From assembly GCA_964452145.1 (NCBI GenBank), contig CAYVLA010000002.1, positions 1 to 59,743 on the forward strand: DNA of 59,743 nt. Direction: 5' to 3'. This DNA comes from Candidatus Hadarchaeota archaeon (GTDB lineage Archaea > CAYQAE01 > CAYVLA01). Positions 19,043-28,506 of the stretch are shown piece after piece; within the stretch, counting starts at the first letter, position 1, and each line of letters starts with the position of its first letter. The notes beneath the pieces were generated by a model. That model was not told the DNA's origin and ran no database searches. It saw only the letters and a list, made by a program, of their open reading frames with translations. A program made the translations under genes and the position numbers.

Positions 19043-19864
19043 CTACTCCAGGCGGTCGGCTCTGATCGCGGCCGTGCCATGGCCCGTTTCGACGACCACT
19101 ATCCTGTACAAGCCTTCGTGGCAGAAGGGCGTCTCGCCCACTACTCTCCAGCTTGGCATGTTCTGAGTATTAACCTTGACCTCTACGTGTACCTTGTCCC
19201 CCGCCGTAAGGTTTTGAAGGTGGATCCTGCCTAGCGGAGCCTCGGTGATCGGCGGATACCCTTCGGCCTGGGTCCCCAGGGCCTTTGATCTGAAGATCCC
19301 AGACTCACCCGGACTCGAGTACTTGACCTCAAGAAGCGTCGCCTGACCGTAGAAGAAAAAGCCCCTGACCCCCCTGAAGAACGACACGTTGCCGTACTGG
19401 TCCTCCTCGACGGCATATATCGTGTCACATGTCCCTACCGCCTCCTCCCCCACAATGGCGGCCATGAAATCGCTGAAATCGATGACATCGAGCCTGGATC
19501 TCTTCTCCCCCTCAACCTGGTAGGCTCGGTAAAGCGGTGAGCCGGGGGCGCCCAGCCCATCTAGAAGATGGGTGATCAGGGCCTTGTGTTCCAGGCCCGC
19601 GACGGTCCAGGGAATCTCTCCGGGAAAGCTCGCCCGCCTGATCACCATCTCGCAGCGAACCACGACATCGGGGAGATCACGGGTGACCATGAAGTCGAAC
19701 GAGTGCATCCTGATCGCCTGCTCGCTGCACTGCACGGCGCTCGGCATGGTGCTAGCGAGAAAGCGGACCTTCTCCTCATACTTGACGTTGAAGGTGATGC
19801 CGGTGAAGATAGTCGAGATCACCAGGGCGACGCCGAGAAGCCCCAGCAGACGCCTGTCAGGCAA
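19043..19864 (-). CDS. Family B copy B3
   Basis: TTG start overlapping the A5 stop, with a GGAGG RBS; N-terminal TM; RLDVIDFS...YAVEEDQYGNVSFFRG...PITEAPLGRIHL matches the B1/B2 blocks. Confidence 0.75.
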   Translation of the reverse strand: MPDRRLLGLLGVALVISTIFTGITFNVKYEEKVRFLASTMPSAVQCSEQAIRMHSFDFMVTRDLPDVVVRCEMVIRRASFPGEIPWTVAGLEHKALITHLLDGLGAPGSPLYRAYQVEGEKRSRLDVIDFSDFMAAIVGEEAVGTCDTIYAVEEDQYGNVSFFRGVRGFFFYGQATLLEVKYSSPGESGIFRSKALGTQAEGYPPITEAPLGRIHLQNLTAGDKVHVEVKVNTQNMPSWRVVGETPFCHEGLYRIVVVETGHGTAAIRADRLE

Positions 19865-21122
19865 TTCTGATTCCTCCCCTGGTGAACTCGACCTCTCTGT
19901 AGAGCCTCCTTTTCACCATCAGCGTCCAGAGCGCGGAGGCGCAGATCATCGCCGTGGCGGAGACGACCAGCCATTCTGAAACAAATATCCAGAATATCGC
20001 GGCGTCCTTGGCTCTCAATGCCACCTGGTAAGCTTCTTCGAATTCCTGGAATGCCCTGTCCGCTAGCTCTTTGCTGGCCTGCAGGTCCAGATCCACAAAG
20101 CGTCGCTTGGCTTCGTTCAGGGACTCCAGGGCCCGAAGGATCTTCAGGTCAACCTCCCTGGTATCGGCGTTGAATATGGCAATGAAGTCCAGGGTCGACA
20201 CGAGGACCTGTCGCTGGCTGTAGCAGTCCTGGAACCTGGCCCTGGTGGCGTGCAGGAGCTCCAGGTCGGCGGGCGGGGTCAGTCCCGCCAGGAAGTACTG
20301 GAGGTTGCAGACCATGTCCGAGTAGTGCTTCCATTGGTAGAACTGGCACCAGCCGGACACCCCACGGAAGCCCCCGGCCGAGGCAAAGAAACGGCCGTTG
20401 CCGATGTCCCACCACACCCAGCACGGGTCGTCTCTGCCCGGCGCCTCGATGTGGGAGACCTCGTGGGCCTGCTGTTTGGTGGTAACGACGTTGTGCCCGC
20501 AGAAGACGGAGTACCTGTCATAGTCATCCCAGGGAACGCTCCTCATGAATTCATCTTCGAAGTCCGTGATCACGTTTCTTCCGCCGGAATACTGTCCTTG
20601 GACGCATTCAACGGGCATCACCTCCCCGATGACCGTATCTCCCCATGACGAGAACCCTACGTTCCCGCCGAATGACTCAAACCCGCCGCCCATGAACATG
20701 CCGAGGCCATCCTCCCTGCAGGCATCGGCCATCCAGTGGAGCGTCTCGGGTCGGAAGTTCGCACAGCTCGTATCGTCCAGACCCACCACGTCGTACTTCT
20801 CCACCAGGGATTCCCTTGTCCTGGGCATGTAGACGCGCATGGCCTTCTTTATCACGTCCATCGGAAGGGCATACTGGTTCGCCTGCACGGGCGTTGGAGA
20901 AAGCAGGGGGTCCGTCTTGAACACCAGGTAGGGACTGGGCATGAACGGGGCCCCGACGTAGAGGACCCTTATCACGCCGGTGTTGGGATCTCTTTTGAGC
21001 TCCTTCCCTTGAGCCAACCCGGTGCCGATCACGATGCCGAGAAGCAGGAGCAGGGCAGGCATCCTGCGATCGATCCGTTGATCGAGCCAGGTCATGACCT
21101 CACGAGTCATTGCGGCGAGCAT
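19857..21122 (-). CDS. Family A copy A5 (clearest DUF1355/GATase1-like signature)
   Basis: KRDPNTGVIRVLYVG; RVYMPRT...YDVVGLDD...GLGMFMGGGFESFGG...WGDTVIGEVMPV; FVSEWL...LMVKRRLYREV. The true start may be up to about 60 nt downstream. Confidence 0.87.
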   Translation of the reverse strand: MLAAMTREVMTWLDQRIDRRMPALLLLLGIVIGTGLAQGKELKRDPNTGVIRVLYVGAPFMPSPYLVFKTDPLLSPTPVQANQYALPMDVIKKAMRVYMPRTRESLVEKYDVVGLDDTSCANFRPETLHWMADACREDGLGMFMGGGFESFGGNVGFSSWGDTVIGEVMPVECVQGQYSGGRNVITDFEDEFMRSVPWDDYDRYSVFCGHNVVTTKQQAHEVSHIEAPGRDDPCWVWWDIGNGRFFASAGGFRGVSGWCQFYQWKHYSDMVCNLQYFLAGLTPPADLELLHATRARFQDCYSQRQVLVSTLDFIAIFNADTREVDLKILRALESLNEAKRRFVDLDLQASKELADRAFQEFEEAYQVALRAKDAAIFWIFVSEWLVVSATAMICASALWTLMVKRRLYREVEFTRGGIRIA

Positions 21123-21259
21123 CGATATCAGCCGTCGACGGAGAGGCCGTCGGTGGCGGGCTGGCGGTTGTGATGATGCTCATAAATGTGAGGCTCTCGA
21201 GCGGGCACGCTGGTGAAAGATAAGATCCGTCTGAGCGTTCCGCGTTCCGACGTCGCCCC

Positions 21260-21542
21260 GCAAGGTCCCGGCGACCAACCGGCCGCCCACGAACTCCCCC
21301 GTCCCTCCGGCCTCCTTGCTGCTGCGGACGTTGAACACCTCCTACCCTCCGTGGTCGAAGGCCTGGCTTGTCGGATTGTAGCCGTTGGCGAGCTCGGCCA
21401 CGGCAGTGGTAGTAAACGGGGAGGCCTGCTTGATTCCCAGGCCCAGCGCCGCGAAGTACTCCCCTGGAACTGCCGCGAGACCAAGGTTGCCGATCGCCAT
21501 TGCCTGTAGCACGGTCTTGATCGAGATCGAGCATGATTTCAT
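21260..21542 (-). pseudogene. C-terminal remnant of a neutral/alkaline ceramidase-like protein
   Basis: LQAMAIGNLGLAAVPGEYFAALGLGIKQASPF....AELANG..PT..AF..GG*E, with TAG at the Tyr of GGYE; N-terminal part absent. Confidence 0.65.
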
Positions 21543-21746
21543 TGCGGACCCGACCCATCCTCAGACCTATGACGGCAGCACCAAGTCTGAGCATATCAAC
21601 AGCCCGCCATCCGGCGTTTCGCCCATTCTTATTCTTAGATCAGATTATGGCTGGCCGCCGGGTCGCATGGCACCCTTCTGGGCCAAACCCGCCGTCCCAT
21701 CAGGGCTTGCTTTCCCTCCGTCATGCCTCGCCGGGCGTGCAAGCAT

Positions 21747-22967
21747 CTAGCCGAAGAGACGGGTCCTGCCAGCCTCTCTGTACATCCGCCTTCTGAGCAT
21801 TAGGGTCCAGATCGCGAACCCGGATGCCATTGATGCGGAGGTCACCGAAAGCCACTCTGATATGTAGACCCAGAAAAGGGCCTTGTCCTTCAGCTGAACC
21901 GCATCCAGGCTGATCGCCGAGACCTGCGAGGAGATGGACTGCATGAAGGATATGGTTGTAGCGTAATCCTGATCCAGGTAGCTGTTCTCGGCATCTTCGA
22001 CCTCCACTTCCATCTGCCTCAGCCTATCGGACAGGGGCAATATGTTCGCCCCGAACTTCTCGGCCCAATCCAGCACTGAGAGGACCAATAGCTTCTGGCT
22101 CTGGAAGGTGGCCAAGAGGCGTCGCGCCTCCCTTCTGGCATGAATGTCGCTAATGAGGTCCCTGTCGAGGGAGTACAGGAACAGGTTTGTGGCAAGATCC
22201 ATGGCGTACGGATTGCTGTCCCTTGCACCCGGAATCGTTCCCCACCATCTCGGGTCGACCTTGTCGGCAAACACCCACTGCATCCCGGCTCCCGCACCCC
22301 CCGGCGTCCAGGATGCCAGCCAGGGCACATCTTGCGGCACCAGGTCTCCCCAGACCGTCGCGCCCTCCTTCACCGTCATGATGCCGTACTCCGCTCCGAC
22401 CACCCTTTCGATGCCGAGATCCACAAAGGGGAGGAACACCGGGTCCCTTTCCCTGCGGAGCCTCACGCGCCAGGGGTTCGCGAAGCGGAAGTCATACTCC
22501 GATATCGGCGAGAGGTCGTAGAGAATGGTCGATTGCCAGACCTCCGGCCAGGAGAGGCTGTGAAGGGCGACCGAGACCATTCCGGCCTCCCTGAAGACGT
22601 ACTCCAGATCTTGGAACTGCCTGGGTGAGAAGTGGGTGACCCGGGCGTCGTAGAAGACGATGACGTCATAGCCTTCCGCAAGCAGCTTGCCCGTCCGGGG
22701 CATGTATACCCTGTCCAGCCTCCTCTTCTCCTGGTCGCCGATCGATGTAGGGAGGGGATACAGGGAATAGGTGAAGAGCGGGTCCTGCATGAAAAGGGAG
22801 GTGAAAGGGTTGTAGGGCGCGAATACCACCTGGCCCATCACGAAGCATGGAATCCTCGGGCCGTCACTTGAGAGGGCCGTGGATGAGCTCAGGAAGACAA
22901 GGACCAGAAGGATGGTCTGACAAACCCCGTGTCGACACGGCGCATGGGCGATGCTACATCCCTCCAT
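21747..22967 (-). CDS. Family A copy A6
   Basis: Signal peptide; RVYMPRT...YDVIVFYD; SNPYAMD; DWAEKFGAN; YISEWL...LMLRRRMYREA. Start uncertain. Confidence 0.85.
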   Translation of the reverse strand: MEGCSIAHAPCRHGVCQTILLVLVFLSSSTALSSDGPRIPCFVMGQVVFAPYNPFTSLFMQDPLFTYSLYPLPTSIGDQEKRRLDRVYMPRTGKLLAEGYDVIVFYDARVTHFSPRQFQDLEYVFREAGMVSVALHSLSWPEVWQSTILYDLSPISEYDFRFANPWRVRLRRERDPVFLPFVDLGIERVVGAEYGIMTVKEGATVWGDLVPQDVPWLASWTPGGAGAGMQWVFADKVDPRWWGTIPGARDSNPYAMDLATNLFLYSLDRDLISDIHARREARRLLATFQSQKLLVLSVLDWAEKFGANILPLSDRLRQMEVEVEDAENSYLDQDYATTISFMQSISSQVSAISLDAVQLKDKALFWVYISEWLSVTSASMASGFAIWTLMLRRRMYREAGRTRLFG

Positions 22968-23106
22968 GGTCAAGGTCCATAGGGTGGGCATTGTTCGGCA
23001 TTGACTGGCTTGTCTCCGAGGCTCGAATGGAGCCGGACCTTCATCGCGCCGATTTTGCCCGTTCGATCCTACCCAGTCTCGCTCTCGCGACCTCCTCTCG
23101 CCTTCG

Positions 23107-24543
23107 TTATTCCTTCTGGTAGATGTCCGGCCACAGCCTGCTGGATGCCCAGATGCCCAGGGCCAGCAGGAAGGCCGGCACGATGAACACGGGGACATCC
23201 GGTGCCAGGCCGCCTCCCAGGGCCCCGGATAGAAGCCTCCCGCCCTGGTGGTAGGGTGAAAGGGCTATCACCGGCCCCCAGCTCTTGACCACCGAATCGA
23301 CCCGGCCCACTATGCCTATGTAGGGCGCCAGCACCGAGATCAGAAGGGTGAAGACACCCGAGGTGAAGATCAAGGAGAGCACCAAGAATGGTAGAGGCAA
23401 CCTCGTGGGCCTCATGATCATCCTCCCCGTCGCCTTGATGAGGGCGTTGCCCAAGAACGCCGCCACGATGACCGTGGTTAGGGAGAGAAGATAGGCGGTC
23501 AGCATGATCCCGAGGACCTCCCCGGCGGGCTTCCCGAGGCCCAGTGTAGGCAGCAGGACCACCGGCAGCGACAGGACCAGTCCAACTACCGCCGCGTAAG
23601 CCAGCTTGGCCACCGTAAGATCCAGAACGCTGAGCGGGTAGCAGAACAAGGTCCTGACGGTCCCCTTGGTGATCTCGTGGTTGTAGCACCCCGAGAAGGC
23701 TGTTGAAAGCACCAGCATGGTCACGAGCACCGAGAACCCGAACACAAGGTCGACGAGCACTAGGGATATGCCTGCACCCTCACCCTTGCTAACCGAGATA
23801 GTGATGTAGTTCGAGACCGCCGTTTCTCCGCCGGCGTCACGCACGGTCAGGTTCACCCTGTATTCGCCTACCGCGGCGAACTCATGGACGGGGTTTGGCT
23901 CGTTCGAGACGTTCCCGTCCCCGAACTGCCACTCGTATGTATGGGGCGGCAGTCCACCCGCGACCGTGGAGAAGAACGCCACCGGGAACGGCGGTGACCC
24001 CTCGGTTGCATTGGAGAAGATCCCGGCTCGTAGGCCGACCGGGTCGTCCCCCACGACCATTATCAGCAGGACCTTTCGAACCGGGTCAAACTCAGAGGAG
24101 TCCTTGATCGTCACCACGACCCAGTAGTCACCGGGGTTGTCGTATGTGTGTACGGGACTGGCTTGGTCGGATCCAGTCCCGTCTCCGAACTCCCATGAGT
24201 AGTTGAACGGCTCCTTGCCGTGCTTGGTCTTCGTCGTGAACGTGATAGTGGCGGGGGCCCTCGCGGTTCTTTGATCGACTGTAACGTCGACGTCCGGCGG
24301 GGTCATGTTTCCCGGCAGGAGGATGGGCCCCGTCCAGGTTGGGACGCCCCTCTTGGAGAACTCGTCCCTGACCATGCTGAAGCCCACCACTCCCAGCAAG
24401 AGCAAGATCGCTGAGATCACGATGAGCGTCGGCAGGCCGTGCCTGCGCGCCTGTTTGAGGTCCTTCAGCACGATTGCCCAGACGAGTCCGAGCCTCTCCA
24501 TCGGGCCCATTCCGTCCGGTGTTCCACCGCCAGCCCGCGTCAT
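23107..24543 (-). CDS. ABC-2-type permease with two inserted PKD domains
   Basis: WAIVLKDLK plus TM1; two PKD repeats (YSWEFGDG...PVHTYDNPG, YEWQFGDG...PVHEFAAVG); EITKGTVRTLFCYPLS...AKL permease motif; further TMs. ATGA overlap with the ATPase stop. Confidence 0.85.
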   Translation of the reverse strand: MTRAGGGTPDGMGPMERLGLVWAIVLKDLKQARRHGLPTLIVISAILLLLGVVGFSMVRDEFSKRGVPTWTGPILLPGNMTPPDVDVTVDQRTARAPATITFTTKTKHGKEPFNYSWEFGDGTGSDQASPVHTYDNPGDYWVVVTIKDSSEFDPVRKVLLIMVVGDDPVGLRAGIFSNATEGSPPFPVAFFSTVAGGLPPHTYEWQFGDGNVSNEPNPVHEFAAVGEYRVNLTVRDAGGETAVSNYITISVSKGEGAGISLVLVDLVFGFSVLVTMLVLSTAFSGCYNHEITKGTVRTLFCYPLSVLDLTVAKLAYAAVVGLVLSLPVVLLPTLGLGKPAGEVLGIMLTAYLLSLTTVIVAAFLGNALIKATGRMIMRPTRLPLPFLVLSLIFTSGVFTLLISVLAPYIGIVGRVDSVVKSWGPVIALSPYHQGGRLLSGALGGGLAPDVPVFIVPAFLLALGIWASSRLWPDIYQKE

Positions 24544-25583
24544 CGGCCCACCCCCTCCTTTGCGCCGGAGCTCGGAGTCTCGCTTCCAGGACGAGTCTGC
24601 GCACCGTCCCTCTCTTGCCTTATCCTGAGGAAGATCTCTTCCATTGTTCCCAGCTGGCGCATCTCGAGTAGGGATATGCCCGCGCTGCCCAGGACTGCCG
24701 CCACCTTCGGCACATCCCTTATATCCTTCAGGACCAGCTCCACCTCGTCTCCGTGGGCCTCGCATCTACCGATGGGTAAGCCACCCCGAAGGACCTCTTG
24801 GGCCTTGGCGACATCCGACACCCGGACGGCGTATGCTGGCTGCAGGTAGCGATCCCTCAGATCCCTCGAGGTTCCGATCGTCAGCAGCTCGCCCTTGTCT
24901 ATGAAGGCGAACCTGTCGACGATGAGTTCCGCCTCGACGAGATTGTGCGAGGTGAAGAAGACCGTGTTGCCCTTGGCCACGTAAGCCCTGAGGTGCTCCC
25001 TGAGGGCCTTTCTGTGAATGATGTCGATGCCCTGGAAGGGCTCGTCGAGGAACATAACCGGGGCGTCGCTCAGCAGAACCCTTGCAATGGAGATCTTCTG
25101 CCTTTGGCCGTGAGACAGGCTCCCGATCCGCTTGTCAAGGAAGCCCGACACCTCGCTGACCCTCACGGCCTCGTCGATCTTTGCCTTGGCCTGCCTGCGG
25201 CTGTGTCCCGCCATTCTTGCGAAGAAGGAAAGGTACTGGGCCGGCGTCATCTTCTCGTAGTAGGAGACCTCCTCCTGCACGATGGCCAGGTTCTTCCTAA
25301 CGGGGTTGGGTGTCCTCATGACATCGCGCCCGCAGACGATGGCCGTGCCGAAGGTCGGCCGCGTAAGCGCACACAGCAGCCTGATGGTGGTCGTCTTGCC
25401 TGCCCCGTTCGGTCCGAAGAAGCCGAAGACCTCGCCACGCCTGACCTTGAACGACACGTCCTTGACGGCCTGCACATCGCCGAAACTCTTGGACAGTTGC
25501 CTTGCTTCGATCACGATGTCGTCACCGTTCTGTGCACCGACAACGGGCCCGGCAGACTCCGGGCGGAGCTCTGGGGACGCCAT
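24540..25583 (-). CDS. ABC transporter ATP-binding protein (DrrA/GldA-like)
   Basis: GPNGAGKTT, LSHGQRQK, FLDEP, TSHNL, C-terminal MEEIFL. Confidence 0.93.
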   Translation of the reverse strand: MASPELRPESAGPVVGAQNGDDIVIEARQLSKSFGDVQAVKDVSFKVRRGEVFGFFGPNGAGKTTTIRLLCALTRPTFGTAIVCGRDVMRTPNPVRKNLAIVQEEVSYYEKMTPAQYLSFFARMAGHSRRQAKAKIDEAVRVSEVSGFLDKRIGSLSHGQRQKISIARVLLSDAPVMFLDEPFQGIDIIHRKALREHLRAYVAKGNTVFFTSHNLVEAELIVDRFAFIDKGELLTIGTSRDLRDRYLQPAYAVRVSDVAKAQEVLRGGLPIGRCEAHGDEVELVLKDIRDVPKVAAVLGSAGISLLEMRQLGTMEEIFLRIRQERDGAQTRPGSETPSSGAKEGVGR

Positions 25584-26195
25584 CCGAATTCACCAACTTC
25601 TCCGCGAGATGAATTCCATGAGGGCCATCGGTGGATCGTCCGTGGGCCCATTGCGGGGAATGCTCCCAAGGCCTTGACGTTCCGCCTCTCGCCATTGACG
25701 AACAATCATCACGTGGTCGCCCAGCTGACAACGGCCTCTCATGAGATCGATCGGCCCCCTTCCTAACGCCGTTACCTCTTAAAGGTGAGCTTCGAAGCCT
25801 TAACGGAATGTCGGAGCCTTCCTACGCCAGATTGATCGGGTCGACCGGCAGGATGGGTGGGCACCCAATCTGAGCTTCATGTCGTTTGTCTCGCCAGCAC
25901 CCCCGGATCCCATGGGGATCGTCCGTGCTGCCACCTTGGGGAAGAGTGATGCGTTCGACGTGTCTGATGGCGGCCCTCCTCTCTCCCTGCAGGCACCGCG
26001 GGGGCGGGCAATCCCGCCGATGGACCGGAATCAACCACGGTTGACGAGGATTCCGGAATCCCGTGCCCTTTGAAAGCAAGGGGTGAGATGCGGAAAGAGG
26101 TCGACGACAACAAGCTCCCAAGTGCCGTTCCGCGTGAAAAGACTTTAATAGAGAGTCTGGGTCCTGTGGGAGCCGACGCGCCGGCATAGGAGGGC

Positions 26196-28346
26196 TTGGG
26201 AGCCACGCAGAGCAACAGAGAGGAAGTCACATCCCGCTGTCTACTCCTAGGTTCCTTGCTGGTTGTCCTCGGTCTATGCACACCACACACCGCCCTGGGC
26301 AAGTCCCTCTACCTCATCGCCGACATCAACAGTGCCCCAACACCCATAAGTGCGTACGACATCCAACCGCCCCCGGCCTACGTGGTCTTTCAGACGACCA
26401 ACCCCGTGCCGCATAGGGCCAGCGGCGCAGTGGGCCTGGCGATCGACAGCGACACTGCCAGCCTGTTCGTTACCTACGAAGGAGGAAACGTGATCGAGCT
26501 CATCAACGCGACGACCATGGAACCCATGGGCTCCGCGGAGGCCCCTTCCGCCCAGAACCTGGCGGGGATTGTCTATGATCGGACGGCCAAGAGGGTCTAT
26601 GCTGTCGATCGGAATAAGGACAAGCTGTATGTCTACGCATGGTATCCCCTTTCAAGGAACCTGACGCTACTTTCCCTCCAGAACCTGTCAGGGGTGGTCG
26701 CAGCCCACGGCCTTGCCATCGATGAGCTGAGAAACCTCGTATACGTGGGCGACAGTGTACCGACCAACAACGTGCACGCGTTTCGCACCTCAGACTGGTC
26801 CCTGGCGGCCAACTACACCCTTAGCCAGCCCGTACAGGGCATTGCTGTCGATCCCAGGAGGGGGGTCATTTACGCGGGCCACTCCTACCGGCCCTATGGG
26901 GGCCGTGGTCTGCTAGTGAAGCTAGACCTGAAGACCCTCGCGGAAACCAACGTTAGCATAGGCTCGCTGACCAACCACACAAGCGACAACGTCGTCGGCC
27001 TTGCCGTGGATGCCGATTCCGGCCTGCTGTACATCACAACGGGCGACCAGGGGAGCGCGCAGGGCGTATCCGGGGGCCTGGCGGTCCTGAGCCCCGATCT
27101 TGTGTTGCTGCAGCTCGTGCCGTACATCGGTCATCCCACCGGCATCGCGATCCCGACTGGTGAGATATCATACAATCCGTTGGGCCTGTCGGTCGATGAT
27201 GGGATAGCGGAGGGGAAGGGGGTTCCTCCGGGAGGGAAGATCACCTATACCATCAGCTTCGATAATTCGCTTAACGATTTCGCTGTCGACAACGTCGTTG
27301 TGACCAGCACGCTTGCCCCGGAGACGAAGTTCATCGAGGCCTCGGACGCCGGAACCTATGATTCGTCAGCTCACAGAGTCACTTGGCGCATTGGGACGTT
27401 GAATGTGCGGGAAGCTAGGCGATCGATGAAGCTGGTAGTGAGGGTAGAGTCGGGGACGGAGAAGGGATTTGCCGTGGCGAATGCGGTCACCATATCCAGT
27501 GACCAGACGCCCCCCACAACCCAGTACGCCTACACGAATGTAACGGGCGGGCTTCCACTTGGTCTGGGTGGCGAGACTGCCAAGAATGTGGCAACGGCCG
27601 GAGCTGTCGTGGTGGTGGCATACTCCGTCGGATCCTTTGCGTCTCTCGGCGTCAGCAAGGCGTTCCTGATCCCAAAAGGCGTAGAGGCCAGCACCAGTCT
27701 CATGGTGAACAGCGTGGTCAAATACGGGATCCTCATCGTAGGGGGCTTGGTTGCCCTGTCTGCAACGGGGGTTGAGACGGCCCCAGCGGTCGTGGGGACA
27801 GCTGCAGTGGGCGTATCCTTGGCCTTTGGCGGCAGGGACCTGATAGCCAACATGGCTTCCGGCCTGGTTCTCCTGATAGACAGGCCCCTGAAGGTGGGCG
27901 ATATCGTCGAGGTTCAGGGGGCAACTGGCGAGGTGATAGACGTTGGTCTCAGGGCATCGACCATTAACACCTTGGACAACGTCATCGTCATCATCCCCAA
28001 CTACCTCATCATCCTGGGGCCGGTGACCAATTACACCAAGTACGACCCCAAGATAAGGCTCAGAATACCGGTTAGGGCTGCCCTGGGATCGGAGGTGGAG
28101 AAGATGAGGGAGATACTCCTTTCGGTTGCACGGGAGCATCCCGAAGTACTGAAAGAGCCGGCACCCGAAGTCAGGATCATAGGGTACGGCCAGTCGGCGA
28201 AGGAATTGATGTTGTTCGCCTGGATAGTCGATCCTGCGAAGAGGTTCATTGTAAGGGATGCCCTGAATCTCGAGATCTACCGGAAACTCAAGGAGAACGA
28301 CATCACTATCCCCATGCCTCAGCGCGATGTGTGGATGAGGGAGTAG
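26196..28346 (+). CDS. Fusion of an extracellular beta-propeller, a DUF11-like Ig domain and an MscS mechanosensitive channel
   Basis: Signal peptide; repeated G(L/I)A(I/V)D...(L/V)Y blades; PGGKITYTISF.N...VTW.IG.L; C-terminal ANMASGLVLLIDRPLKVGD...GEVIDVGLRAS...IPN MscS core. Confidence 0.85.
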   Translation: MGATQSNREEVTSRCLLLGSLLVVLGLCTPHTALGKSLYLIADINSAPTPISAYDIQPPPAYVVFQTTNPVPHRASGAVGLAIDSDTASLFVTYEGGNVIELINATTMEPMGSAEAPSAQNLAGIVYDRTAKRVYAVDRNKDKLYVYAWYPLSRNLTLLSLQNLSGVVAAHGLAIDELRNLVYVGDSVPTNNVHAFRTSDWSLAANYTLSQPVQGIAVDPRRGVIYAGHSYRPYGGRGLLVKLDLKTLAETNVSIGSLTNHTSDNVVGLAVDADSGLLYITTGDQGSAQGVSGGLAVLSPDLVLLQLVPYIGHPTGIAIPTGEISYNPLGLSVDDGIAEGKGVPPGGKITYTISFDNSLNDFAVDNVVVTSTLAPETKFIEASDAGTYDSSAHRVTWRIGTLNVREARRSMKLVVRVESGTEKGFAVANAVTISSDQTPPTTQYAYTNVTGGLPLGLGGETAKNVATAGAVVVVAYSVGSFASLGVSKAFLIPKGVEASTSLMVNSVVKYGILIVGGLVALSATGVETAPAVVGTAAVGVSLAFGGRDLIANMASGLVLLIDRPLKVGDIVEVQGATGEVIDVGLRASTINTLDNVIVIIPNYLIILGPVTNYTKYDPKIRLRIPVRAALGSEVEKMREILLSVAREHPEVLKEPAPEVRIIGYGQSAKELMLFAWIVDPAKRFIVRDALNLEIYRKLKENDITIPMPQRDVWMRE

Positions 28347-28506
28347 GTAAGGCCCATCCTCGATTCTTCGGGCTGATCCCGGATGGATTACACTAAAGAA
28401 CGCTTCCCCACAGGCCTTCCAATCCGCTGCCGGGGCTGTCAGGCAAAGGCGTGAGGAGCCGGCCTGGCATTCGCGGCCTGCGCCAAAAACCATGGGAGAG
28501 ACGGCA

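Noticed and set aside
1..23000. Diversity-generating retroelement or recombinational shuffling behind the family A paralogs
   Set aside because: No reverse transcriptase, recombinase or near-identical TR/VR nucleotide repeats are visible; the similarity is at protein level.
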